Positions 39,524-48,663 of a DNA stretch of 64,000 nucleotides are shown one piece after another. Positions within the stretch are counted from its first letter, which is position 1; each line of letters opens with the position of its first letter. The position numbers and the translations under genes are program-made. Below the pieces are notes generated by a model. It was not told where the DNA came from and did not search any database. It saw only the letters and a program-made list of their open reading frames with translations. The stretch is from Candidatus Heimdallarchaeum endolithica (GTDB taxonomy: Archaea; Asgardarchaeota; Heimdallarchaeia; Heimdallarchaeales; Heimdallarchaeaceae): assembly GCA_021513715.1 (NCBI GenBank), contig CP084167.1:192001-256000 (forward strand). The letters run 5' to 3'.

Positions 39524-39709
39524 TTACTTTCTTTTGTATAAAAAATAAATAAATAGTGAGACTGTAACAAAGGTAAAGATCAAATAATATACTTCATCAT
39601 ACTTAAACCATAAAAATAATCCCAAAACGATAGTAAGTATGGAAACAAGTAAAAGCAAAAAATTTTCTTTTAATAATTGAGATTTTTCTTGTTTTTGTTC
39701 CTTATTCAT
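39524..39709 (-). CDS. Small two-TM membrane protein
   Basis: 61 aa, two hydrophobic helices, ATGA overlap with the upstream gene. Confidence 0.6.
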   Translation of the reverse strand: MNKEQKQEKSQLLKENFLLLLVSILTIVLGLFLWFKYDEVYYLIFTFVTVSLFIYFLYKRK

Positions 39710-41469
39710 TCTTTTTCCTCTTGTTTTTGGCTTAAAAATTCGAATTCATGTATTTTTAATTGTGATAAATGAAATGGAAATGGTTCTGGGATATAGGAAA
39801 ACTTTTTTCTCCAATCTTTTTTTTCTAAAGTCCATGTGTTGAAATCCAGTGGATTAAAAGGTTTGTTAAATCTTAATGGTTGTTTTATTTTTTCATTGCT
39901 CAATATTTTATCGATTTGCTCTCTAAATTTCGTATAGTAGAATATTTCTGATTCATTTAATATTTCTGCATATTTAGCATCATTAAATACATCATCTGCC
40001 TTCATGAAAAAAACTTCTGCTTTTGGAGGATTATTTTGCCTTAACGAAATTAATCCTGAAATACAAAATGCATATATTGGAAGTTTCTTGTTGTTAAACA
40101 ATATTTGATAAATTTCAGCTGCTCTTGTAAAATAAGATTCAGCTAATTCTAGATATTTTCTGTTATTTTTGCTATTTTCTCCCCACTTCATTAACCAATA
40201 ATGTCCTAATAATAGAGATAATTCAGGGTCGCTAATATCTAATCTTCTTGTTTTTATTATTTGTTCCATCTGCTCTATATTCTCTCTTATTTCGTAAATG
40301 TAAGCTCCATAAGATACTTTTGCATAAGTGTTTATCATATTTGAAGAAACACCAATAATACTGTCATCTCCCTTCGTTTGTATTTCACTTATATATTCCC
40401 ATATTTCATTCAATATTTCATCTATCTGGAATTTAAGATTTTTGAGAGATAAAGATTTTTTGTTATCTTTTATATCCCCTACACGTAAATCATTTCTAAA
40501 CTGACTTTTTACAAAATTTTGTAGTAACTGATAAAATCGTGTTTCCAAAAACAATGCTTTATACTGGAAATAATAAGGTTTAACATTTTCTTTATAAACT
40601 GAATTATCAAGTAAGTGTTCGATCGTTTGCATAGCTTGTGTGTTTTCCATTAAAGCTAAATTCAACTTCTCTTCATTTTTCTCGTTTAGAAACTTTATCC
40701 AAAGCAGTAATAGCTGTGCTTTTATTGAATGAAGTGAAGATTTAGATAGAAGTGTTCTAAATTTATTTATCTCTGAAAGTTCTTGTTTTAGTAGTAAGTC
40801 ATGTGTTGAGATTGCTTTGTTTAAAGCTTCTTCAAACAATTTATACCAAGATTCAAAATCTTTTTTTTTCAGATTAGGAATAGTAAAAAGAAAGTTGTAC
40901 AATGTTAGAACTAGTGTTTGAATATAATTCGTAGCTGATTGTATTATTGTTATTTTGTCTTTTTCTCTTTCTACTAGCTTTAAAACTGATTCTAGCTGAA
41001 AATAGTCAAGGAGAAATTGAAGATGCTGTTTTTCTTTTGATAGAAGTATCTCCAACTCTGCAATTGAGGGGAGTAAACTGTATGAAATGGTTTTATTTAT
41101 GCAAGCTTCTAAAGTAAAGTACGGATTCAGCCCTTTAAGTTTAGAAAATACTTCTGTAAAAGCAGATAGAGTAGGATAAAGTAATTTTTGAGAATGACAC
41201 TTTTCAACAGCATACCAAAGTTTAGCTAAAGTATTAACTACAAGATCAAAATATTCTTTTCTGTATATCCTTCTTACTTTGTTCAAAAGAGAAAAAAAAG
41301 TTTTGAATTTTGTTACTTGATGTATGAAATATTCTAAACCTACATTTTTTTTATTTATTTGTAATATTACTACGTCACATTGTTTTTGAACAATATTTAA
41401 TTGTTCTTTTGGTTCTAAACGCAGAAATTCTTCAATTTCTTTTTTTATTTTATTCTCCATTTTTTTCAC
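39706..41469 (-). CDS. Hypothetical alpha-solenoid/TPR-like protein
   Basis: 587-aa helical ORF; TPR-like helices near the C-terminus. Confidence 0.65.
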   Translation of the reverse strand: MKKMENKIKKEIEEFLRLEPKEQLNIVQKQCDVVILQINKKNVGLEYFIHQVTKFKTFFSLLNKVRRIYRKEYFDLVVNTLAKLWYAVEKCHSQKLLYPTLSAFTEVFSKLKGLNPYFTLEACINKTISYSLLPSIAELEILLSKEKQHLQFLLDYFQLESVLKLVEREKDKITIIQSATNYIQTLVLTLYNFLFTIPNLKKKDFESWYKLFEEALNKAISTHDLLLKQELSEINKFRTLLSKSSLHSIKAQLLLLWIKFLNEKNEEKLNLALMENTQAMQTIEHLLDNSVYKENVKPYYFQYKALFLETRFYQLLQNFVKSQFRNDLRVGDIKDNKKSLSLKNLKFQIDEILNEIWEYISEIQTKGDDSIIGVSSNMINTYAKVSYGAYIYEIRENIEQMEQIIKTRRLDISDPELSLLLGHYWLMKWGENSKNNRKYLELAESYFTRAAEIYQILFNNKKLPIYAFCISGLISLRQNNPPKAEVFFMKADDVFNDAKYAEILNESEIFYYTKFREQIDKILSNEKIKQPLRFNKPFNPLDFNTWTLEKKDWRKKFSYIPEPFPFHLSQLKIHEFEFLSQKQEEKE

Positions 41470-41475
41470 TTTAAA

Positions 41476-43287
41476 CTATATCTCTTCAAGATTTAATTTT
41501 GAAATTGTAGATGGTAAAGGTTCTCCAAACTCATCTAAACCGCGTTTTTCGTATAATTTTAAAAGAGATTTATTGAAATCATCTTCAGAGATAAAAGCTT
41601 TCATTCCTTTTGCTCTTCCTTCAGGCATCGGTTCCCAAAATCGTGGAGGGAGTTTATCAAATTCTCTCGCTTTTCTAGGTTTAAACTCTCTAATATTAAA
41701 CATTCTTTTGAGTATCCAAACCCTTTTTGCAATATTAATAATCTCTTCTCTCTCAAATTTTTCATCAAAAGCAGCTTCTACCATTTCGTGGCAATCATCA
41801 ATATTTAGTGCTGGGCTTATACTATGTGTAAAATGACAGATGATCAAACTATCTTTTAAAGTTTTCAAATCTTGTTGCTCTATTAACGAATCAATAACAG
41901 ATAGTGCACTCTTATCGGGAATGTCACTAGTTGAAGGCCAACCTCTTAAATGACTAGCTCCAACAGCAGCAGTGGCATAACTTAAACCTAAACCCAATTT
42001 TCCCCTTGGATCCCAAGCTGCATAAGGAAGCTTCTTTGTATGCACAGCTAAATCCTCTGTGTTAAAATTTTTAGCAGCATCAACAAGTCCTTCAGCCAGA
42101 ATATCCCCAATTCCTTTGCGATAAGCAATATTGTCAATTAGTTCCATTAGTTTTTCTTTATTTCCAAATCTAATATCTCGATATTCTTTTTCTTTAATTC
42201 TTCCTTTTTCTACTCCTTCCATGATCATTGCAATTATGCTTCCTGTTGAAATCGTATCTAAACCATATTCATTACATCTATAATTTGCTTTGATTATTGT
42301 TTCTGGTTCATCAATAGCACAATTACCTCCAATTAATCCTAAAGTTTCATATTCAGGTTTGGCAATAAATTCTTCATCTGTCCAATTAAAAGAAGAAGCA
42401 TCAATAACTTCAGAGCAAGAAATAACACATTTATAGCATGGTCTTCTTTTTCTTTTATACTTTTCAAGTGCTTTATGGTTTATTTTGTCATGTTTATCAA
42501 ATACCCCGCTCTGGAAATTCTTTGTAGGAAACTGAGAATATTGATTTGCAAGGTCAACTAGCCAACTAGTTCCATGTTGATACAGTAGATGTTTATGCTC
42601 TTTTGCAGTCTTAGCTCTTTTGATTATTTCTCTTCTTATTTTGTCAAATTCTACCTTATTGCCATTTATTGGTTTAGAACTCCCTTTAATACCAATGGCT
42701 TTCAAATTTTTGTTACCAAAAACTGCGCCTAAACCTCCTCTTCCAGCGTTTCTAAACCTATCAGAGGTAACGCAGGCAATTTTTACTTTATTTTCTCCAG
42801 CTGGACCAATGGATATAACACGCATACTTTTTTCATTTTCAAGTTCTCTGAGTTTATCTTCTGTTTGGTGAGTTGTTTTACCCCATAGTAAAGATGCATC
42901 TTTAATTGAAATAATATCGTCAATTATTGAAATATAGACAGGCTTTTCTGCTTTCCCTTCAATTATTATAACATCATACCCTGCAAACCTTAGTTCAGGA
43001 CCAACAAAACCACCAACATTTGTATCTAAAAACAGTCCTGTTAATGGAGATTTAGTACCAATACTATATCTACCAGTAATAGGTACAACTGTTCCTTGCA
43101 GAGGTCCTGAAGCAATAACTATTTTATTTTCTTCAGACAAAGGTTCAATTCTTGGTTTAACCTCTTTATAAAGATAGTAAGTGATAAAACCTGTACCTCC
43201 AAGAAATTTTCTACTTATTTCCTGAGGGATATTTTCAATAGTATGTGTTCTATCAGTAAGATTAATTCGAAGTAAAACTTGTTGCAT
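41476..43287 (-). CDS. aor: Tungsten-dependent aldehyde:ferredoxin oxidoreductase family
   Basis: KSPLTG, IGPAGEN, AGRGGLGAVFG.KNLKA, C..C...C, EYET, GLDTISTG, DSLIICHF. Confidence 0.92.
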   Translation of the reverse strand: MQQVLLRINLTDRTHTIENIPQEISRKFLGGTGFITYYLYKEVKPRIEPLSEENKIVIASGPLQGTVVPITGRYSIGTKSPLTGLFLDTNVGGFVGPELRFAGYDVIIIEGKAEKPVYISIIDDIISIKDASLLWGKTTHQTEDKLRELENEKSMRVISIGPAGENKVKIACVTSDRFRNAGRGGLGAVFGNKNLKAIGIKGSSKPINGNKVEFDKIRREIIKRAKTAKEHKHLLYQHGTSWLVDLANQYSQFPTKNFQSGVFDKHDKINHKALEKYKRKRRPCYKCVISCSEVIDASSFNWTDEEFIAKPEYETLGLIGGNCAIDEPETIIKANYRCNEYGLDTISTGSIIAMIMEGVEKGRIKEKEYRDIRFGNKEKLMELIDNIAYRKGIGDILAEGLVDAAKNFNTEDLAVHTKKLPYAAWDPRGKLGLGLSYATAAVGASHLRGWPSTSDIPDKSALSVIDSLIEQQDLKTLKDSLIICHFTHSISPALNIDDCHEMVEAAFDEKFEREEIINIAKRVWILKRMFNIREFKPRKAREFDKLPPRFWEPMPEGRAKGMKAFISEDDFNKSLLKLYEKRGLDEFGEPLPSTISKLNLEEI

Positions 43288-43396
43288 AACAGTCTTTATT
43301 TTTATAAATTAATAACTTTTACCAAACCTCAAAAACAAAAGTATTGATGTGAAATAAAAAGAAAAGAATAAAAATATAGGCAAAAACAACAGCTAA

Positions 43397-43678
43397 ATGA
43401 AGTACTCTGTCATTCAAAAATGTAAAAAACAAACAGGATATGAAGCTTTACCAGATGAGCAAATTAAGGTAGACTTAGAGAAATTAAAGAAAATACTTGT
43501 TGAAGACGAGTATTTCAAAATTTTAAGAGAAACGAAAGTTGTCTTTATTTTAGAAACTAAAAAAGGTAAAAAAGTTTCTTTTTTTCCATCTGGAAAGATA
43601 TTAATTTATAGAGTAGAAGAAGAGGAAGCACAAGAAGTTGTAAAAAAAATGTCTCTTCTAATTAACAAGACTGTATAA
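43397..43678 (+). CDS. Small hypothetical protein (TBP-like / MoeB C-terminal-like fold)
   Basis: KVSFFPSGKILI...EEEA pattern. Confidence 0.55.
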   Translation: MKYSVIQKCKKQTGYEALPDEQIKVDLEKLKKILVEDEYFKILRETKVVFILETKKGKKVSFFPSGKILIYRVEEEEAQEVVKKMSLLINKTV

Positions 43679-43723
43679 TTTGAAATTAAGAAAATTTATA
43701 TTACAAAACTAAAATCAAATATT

Positions 43724-44515
43724 ATGCAAGGAGGAGTTCATCTTCTTTCAGGCCTAGTTTTAGCAAGTCTTGGAAAGAAAAAAGATTTCAAAGTATCAGT
43801 TACTTTTGGAGCAATTATTCCAGATATCGATATATTCATTGCTGCTTTAGCATATCTTTTTATTGGAGAAAAGGCTGTAATTTTACACAGATCATTTACA
43901 CACAGTATGTTTTCTATTAGTATTCTCTCTTTGCTTATCTACATTTTAGGATTAACAATAAAGAAATATTTTCCAGATAAAAAAATAAGCAAAATGGATT
44001 TTAGAAGTATAAGTATAGGAATAGGTATAGGAATGCTTACACATGTAATTTTAGACTTGTTTTATTTGGTAAAAGTAGCCATTTTTTGGCCTTTTAGCTT
44101 TACTTTTATTGGTTGGCCACTAGTTACAGATCTTCAACTTTCAGTACTTGCTCTAAAAATACTTCAAACTACAGATTTCATGACAGATATATTTTTCTTT
44201 ATACTACCTTTAACTATTATTTCTTTTAAGCAAGATAAATGTAAATATTTTAGGAAACTCCTTATACCATATATAATTATAGACTTACTTTTTACTATTA
44301 TATTCATTTTTGTAGCATTTTTCATTCCGTTATCTTATAATGATTTCTTAGTCTACTTATATTATCCAGGAACATTCTTTTTGCTTTTCTCCATTTTCTC
44401 TCCTCTGATTTTCAAGGAGGTAATTAAGGAGTTCAAATTTGATAATTTTATAATTGTTATAATAGTAGCATTGTTTATTTTTTCTCAATTACTATTTAGT
44501 CTTTTTCTTCTCTGA
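43724..44515 (+). CDS. Membrane-bound metal-dependent hydrolase (YdjM family)
   Basis: H at N-terminus, IPDID, HRSFTHS, THVILD. Confidence 0.88.
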   Translation: MQGGVHLLSGLVLASLGKKKDFKVSVTFGAIIPDIDIFIAALAYLFIGEKAVILHRSFTHSMFSISILSLLIYILGLTIKKYFPDKKISKMDFRSISIGIGIGMLTHVILDLFYLVKVAIFWPFSFTFIGWPLVTDLQLSVLALKILQTTDFMTDIFFFILPLTIISFKQDKCKYFRKLLIPYIIIDLLFTIIFIFVAFFIPLSYNDFLVYLYYPGTFFLLFSIFSPLIFKEVIKEFKFDNFIIVIIVALFIFSQLLFSLFLL

Positions 44516-46150
44516 TTTTTCCTTGTTTGGACTTTTTTTGAAAATATCTACATCTAAATTAGCTAGCCTTCTAAATACATCATGTTTTCCATTAGATTCT
44601 GAGATTATGACAATCAATTTATCAAGTACATCTTTAGGATTAATACTTTTATCAGAAACAAGCAATTCTTGAAAAATAGTTACTAAACCTTCTAAGATAT
44701 CTGAATCATCAGATAAAAATAGTATATTACTAATATTTTGCGTAAGATCCAATGGATTTAGCTCCCTGTTATAAATGAGTTCACAGAAAGAAACAAGAAT
44801 CTGTTCTGTTACGCCTAAATCTTTACTTGACAACATGTTATGGGCTATTTCTACTATGAAATCAGTTGTTATAAGATTTGGTTTATTTGAGATTATCTTT
44901 GAAACAAGATTATATGCTCTTAGAGCTATTAGAGGATGAGGTGAGTTAGTAGCGATTATTTCAATTAATCGAAAAACATTTTGCACATTTTCTTTAGGAA
45001 CATCTATCAATGAATAGTGCTCAATATTTTGAATTGCTGTATAACATATATCTTCATCTTTTGTTTTTTGCATAATAATATACAAACTTGCTAAAGCATC
45101 ATCTATCATTTCTTCTTGAGTTTGTAAGATAATAGATAAAAATAGTTCAATTGCTCTAATTCTAATATTTTTTGAGTGATGAGACTTTAGCATTTTAATA
45201 ATACTTTCAAAATTTTCTTCTGTTACTCTTTTTCTTAAAATCAATGCTTCAAGGGCTTTTAGACCTAATTCTCTGAGTCTATCTTCATAAGTAGCTCTTA
45301 CAATCTTAATAATATTATTAACTAAAAAAGTGGATTTTTCATTGTAAAGAAATACCAACTCAGGATAAGCTGAAATAGCTATTTCTCTAATTCTTTTATC
45401 ATAAGAGAAAGTTAGAAGTTTAGCCAAATTATCTACATGATAATTTAGTTTATTCATTGATTTTGTTTTTGAAATTATTAACTCAAGACATCTAAATGAA
45501 ATCATTCTCATCTCTGAATCATCAGATGTTTTATAAATCACTAAAAACGCTTCTGCAATTCCAAATAGAGGGTTATATGACTCAATTGTTGTAACAATAT
45601 TACTTAAACTACCTATTGCAATTAATCTTTCTTCTTCATCAAAACTTCTTTTTAGAATTTCTGTTAATGTAATTGCTATATCTCGTCCTAAATCAATATT
45701 GTCAATAGGAAGCAATAAAATGGAATTGATTAAACTTCTAACATTAGTCTGTTTAGGTAAATATCTATCTGATTTTATCTGATTAAAAAGTTGAGTAATT
45801 TCAAGTGTATCTTTCTTATTAATTTTAAATCTTGTTGTTCCTTTTCTTATAATTTCTATTTCTTTTGTTAAATTGAATATTTGATTATATTTCTTATTTC
45901 TATTATTAGGTAAATTTTCTTGTTCATCGTCCTCAGAATAAGAAATTAGTCTAGCTAAAGAAGCAGCTGCAGCATCACGTACTTTTGGATTAGGGTCACG
46001 AAGTTGTGCATTTAAAAGAGCATCTAACACCTCTGAATCAGGAAAGTTTGACAGTAATATCGCAGCTTTTTCTCTTTGTACAGGGAGAGAACTCAAACGA
46101 AGTTGTTTTAATAATGCTAATTTCTCATCTTTAGACGAATAACCTGTCAT
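44492..46150 (-). CDS. HEAT/ARM-repeat protein
   Basis: DPNPKVRDAAAASL and many (I/L)RxxA repeats at about 40-aa spacing. Confidence 0.8.
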   Translation of the reverse strand: MTGYSSKDEKLALLKQLRLSSLPVQREKAAILLSNFPDSEVLDALLNAQLRDPNPKVRDAAAASLARLISYSEDDEQENLPNNRNKKYNQIFNLTKEIEIIRKGTTRFKINKKDTLEITQLFNQIKSDRYLPKQTNVRSLINSILLLPIDNIDLGRDIAITLTEILKRSFDEEERLIAIGSLSNIVTTIESYNPLFGIAEAFLVIYKTSDDSEMRMISFRCLELIISKTKSMNKLNYHVDNLAKLLTFSYDKRIREIAISAYPELVFLYNEKSTFLVNNIIKIVRATYEDRLRELGLKALEALILRKRVTEENFESIIKMLKSHHSKNIRIRAIELFLSIILQTQEEMIDDALASLYIIMQKTKDEDICYTAIQNIEHYSLIDVPKENVQNVFRLIEIIATNSPHPLIALRAYNLVSKIISNKPNLITTDFIVEIAHNMLSSKDLGVTEQILVSFCELIYNRELNPLDLTQNISNILFLSDDSDILEGLVTIFQELLVSDKSINPKDVLDKLIVIISESNGKHDVFRRLANLDVDIFKKSPNKEKSEKKKTK

Positions 46151-46534
46151 CTAATTTTAAAGTGTGATTTAAACTATTTATATTTAACCTTAAGGTAAAT
46201 CTAAAATCAAATATTGTATTTTGAAAAAATTTTTAACGAGAGAACTTTCTTTTAAAGTATGAAAGCCCTTTTTCTAATTAATGCTAGTAAACAAGAAAAA
46301 GAAGAAATAAAAGAAAAGCTAAGGGAAGAAGTAGAAGCTATTTTTGGAGATGAACTTACAGAAGAAGAAAGAAAAAATGTTTTGAAAGAAGTAGAGATCA
46401 TCCTAGGAGGGAGGTTATCAGATGAAGAATTAAATAGTGTAAAAAAGTTAAAATTTCATCAGACTTTTGGAACTGGTGTAGATAGACATAATTTAAAAAT
46501 CTACAAACAGAAAAACATTATTCTCTGTAATAGC

Positions 46535-46876
46535 CATGAAGTGCTCTTTTGTACATTTTTGTTATACTAAAAACTAGGTGTTTAAATAGTGAAAAGACAT
46601 TAATAAATTAGAGAGGAAAGGAAAAGAGGAATACCAACTCTCTATTAGCCGGCACGGCGTGTCGGGGTAAAAAAACATGCGCATGAAGGCAGAATCAACG
46701 AATAGTTGAATATAATTTAACTTTCCCGTGTGAGCGGATGATTTTTTCATCCAGTTTCCACGGTGGAGGAGTTCTCAACCTTCTCCTCTGGCTCAATGAG
46801 TGTTTAGTTCTTTCTCTCGAATGAACTAACAGGAGAGTAAGATTTGTGCAAAAAATGTACAAAAATCGAGTTGATG
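46535..46876. mobile_element. Second non-autonomous insertion with inverted ends and internal structured RNA-like segment
   Basis: Left CATGAAGTGCTCTTTTGTACATTTTT vs right (reverse complement) CATCAACTCGATTTTTGTACATTTTT, including a perfect 14-bp TTTTGTACATTTTT; left end resembles the 1968 end of element 1; exact boundary uncertain by a few nt. Confidence 0.78.
46609..46840 (+). ncRNA. Putative structured ncRNA inside the second element
   Basis: TTTAAATA (46581-88) about 21 nt upstream of consecutive stems: TAGAGAG/CTCTCTA, CCGGCAC/GTGTCGG, TCAAC/GTTGA, CCGTG/CACGG enclosing GGATGA/TCATCC, GGAGGAG/CTCCTCT, TTAGTTC/GAACTAA. Confidence 0.6.
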
Positions 46877-46999
46877 ATAGAGTAATTAAACTTGTAGAAA
46901 ATATTAATAGGTTTGTTAGGAATGAAGAACCACTTAACAAAGTAAATTTGGACACAGGATATTAAAAAAGTTAATTAAGGTTAAATAAACTTAATAAAC

Positions 47000-47779
47000 G
47001 TGAAAGAAGATACTATTTCCACGCAGTTGCTAAGACAAATAGTTCAAAATGGAGAATTCCACAAAAAATTGTCATTCTATTTACAAAATCAAATATCTAT
47101 CAAATCACTTCTTTTACGACTCTTAGAAAAGATTCCTTCAGAATTTATTCTTGGTATAAACATATTTGATAGTTTTGGAAAAATAATTGAATCATCAGGA
47201 TCAATTATAGGTCAATATTCTACCATAATTACTTTTGGGCAAAAAAATCAATTCAAGGTTGAATATTCTATCTCAAGAAAAGAAAATAAACAAATTAATA
47301 TTTTACTAATAGGATTTAGTAAAAGTGGAAAATCAAGTATTATTCATAGATTAAACTATAATTCCTTTTTAGGAACAAAACTTCATAACATTGGAATTTC
47401 CACATCCCAATTTTATTTTCTTGGGAAAACACTAAAGATTACAGAAGTTGGCGGAAATATGGATCTAATTACATATTATCTAAATAAGGAAGTAAATAAC
47501 AACTTTGATATAATCTTCTTTGTTCTTGACTACAGTTTTATCTATAAGGAATCATTATACGAGCGAATTTTTGCAATTTTGAAAAAAATTGAAGAGGAAT
47601 ATAAGCTTAAAATAACATTCATTTTGACAAAAAATGACGTGAAAATCACTTCTAAAAACTTTGAGAGAATAACAAAAAAGATAGAAGATATTTCTTTTTC
47701 ACAGAAAAATTTGATTACTTATTCTTCTTTAACAAATAATAATTTTCAATTATTAAAGAAACACATAAAAGCATTATAA
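47000..47779 (+). CDS. Arf/Rag-like small GTPase with N-terminal extension and divergent motifs
   Basis: G1 GFSKSGKS, G3 variant EVGG, IIFFVLD, G4 variant TKND, G5 SSL. Confidence 0.8.
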   Translation: MKEDTISTQLLRQIVQNGEFHKKLSFYLQNQISIKSLLLRLLEKIPSEFILGINIFDSFGKIIESSGSIIGQYSTIITFGQKNQFKVEYSISRKENKQINILLIGFSKSGKSSIIHRLNYNSFLGTKLHNIGISTSQFYFLGKTLKITEVGGNMDLITYYLNKEVNNNFDIIFFVLDYSFIYKESLYERIFAILKKIEEEYKLKITFILTKNDVKITSKNFERITKKIEDISFSQKNLITYSSLTNNNFQLLKKHIKAL

Positions 47780-48625
47780 GTGAAAAAAATGATCAAAGAG
47801 ATATGGTTAGTTTCAAACGATGGTATTCTAATAAAGCATTCAATTATAAAAAAATCAGTTCCTATTGACCCAGATCTGATTGGTGCTTTAATGAGTGCTC
47901 TACAATCCTTTTCAGTAGAATTAACAGGAAAAACTATTAACTATATAGATATTGCAGGAGATGAAAGGCTGATTTACATTCCTTTTTTTAATAATCGTTT
48001 CTTTCTAGTTGCAAGAATAGAATTTGAGAAAGGAGAAAGAGCATTTTTAAAGGAAGTTGAAAATTTCAGATTTCTAGTAACAAGTACTTTTACTGACTAT
48101 GAGACAGAAGAAATAATCGATCGTGAGTTTGGAGATGGTACCTTCTTTTTAAACCTCTTTGAAGAGCCATTCATGCAAGTTCTTGATGTGTTAAAAGATT
48201 ATGCAATAAGAGAAGAAGAAAGAATTCACAATCTAAATATTGACTCAACGAAAAAACTAGATTTCTTCAATAAAGTAGAAAAATATATTGAAAATACACC
48301 ATACAATCTTTTCATTTTAGACAGATATACAAATGAGTTATTATTTCATAAAACAACTTCAAATATTTTTTACTCTGACCACACCTATCTTTTAAAAATT
48401 CTTAATGAAATTAAATTTTCCATCTTTATAAAAGAGAACTTGAATAAGATAGCTTTTACTAATGGAAGCATCGAAGTCATTGCTTACTATTCTGAATTGT
48501 TTGTTTATATATTAGTAAACACTGAATGTCAAAACTCAAGTTTGATATCTCCTCCAGAATTTCCTAAAATGGCTAAAATACTATTAGAGATAAATAACGA
48601 AGAGTCTGCTTATTTTAATAAATAG
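47780..48625 (+). CDS. Longin/roadblock-like domain protein
   Basis: EIWLVSNDGILI...IDPDLIGALMSALQSFSVELTG..INYIDI, typical of Asgard longin-like domains; abuts the GTPase stop. Confidence 0.72.
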   Translation: MKKMIKEIWLVSNDGILIKHSIIKKSVPIDPDLIGALMSALQSFSVELTGKTINYIDIAGDERLIYIPFFNNRFFLVARIEFEKGERAFLKEVENFRFLVTSTFTDYETEEIIDREFGDGTFFLNLFEEPFMQVLDVLKDYAIREEERIHNLNIDSTKKLDFFNKVEKYIENTPYNLFILDRYTNELLFHKTTSNIFYSDHTYLLKILNEIKFSIFIKENLNKIAFTNGSIEVIAYYSELFVYILVNTECQNSSLISPPEFPKMAKILLEINNEESAYFNK

Positions 48626-48663
48626 AGTGAATTGTTGAAGTATTATTAGAAAAAAAAGAAAAG

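Larger units (their letters stand above)
46259..46965 (+). pseudogene. D-2-hydroxyacid dehydrogenase remnant; the central NAD-binding domain is replaced by an insertion
   Basis: N-terminal 93 aa (...GTGVDRH...ILCNSH) at 46259-46537 and C-terminal DRVIKLVENINRFVRNEEPLNKVNLDTGY* at 46876-46965; no GxGxxG domain between them. Confidence 0.85.

Noticed and set aside
46695-46955. 86-aa minus-strand ORF as the element's transposase
   Set aside because: Starts antisense to the dehydrogenase tail and crosses the element boundary; no catalytic motifs.
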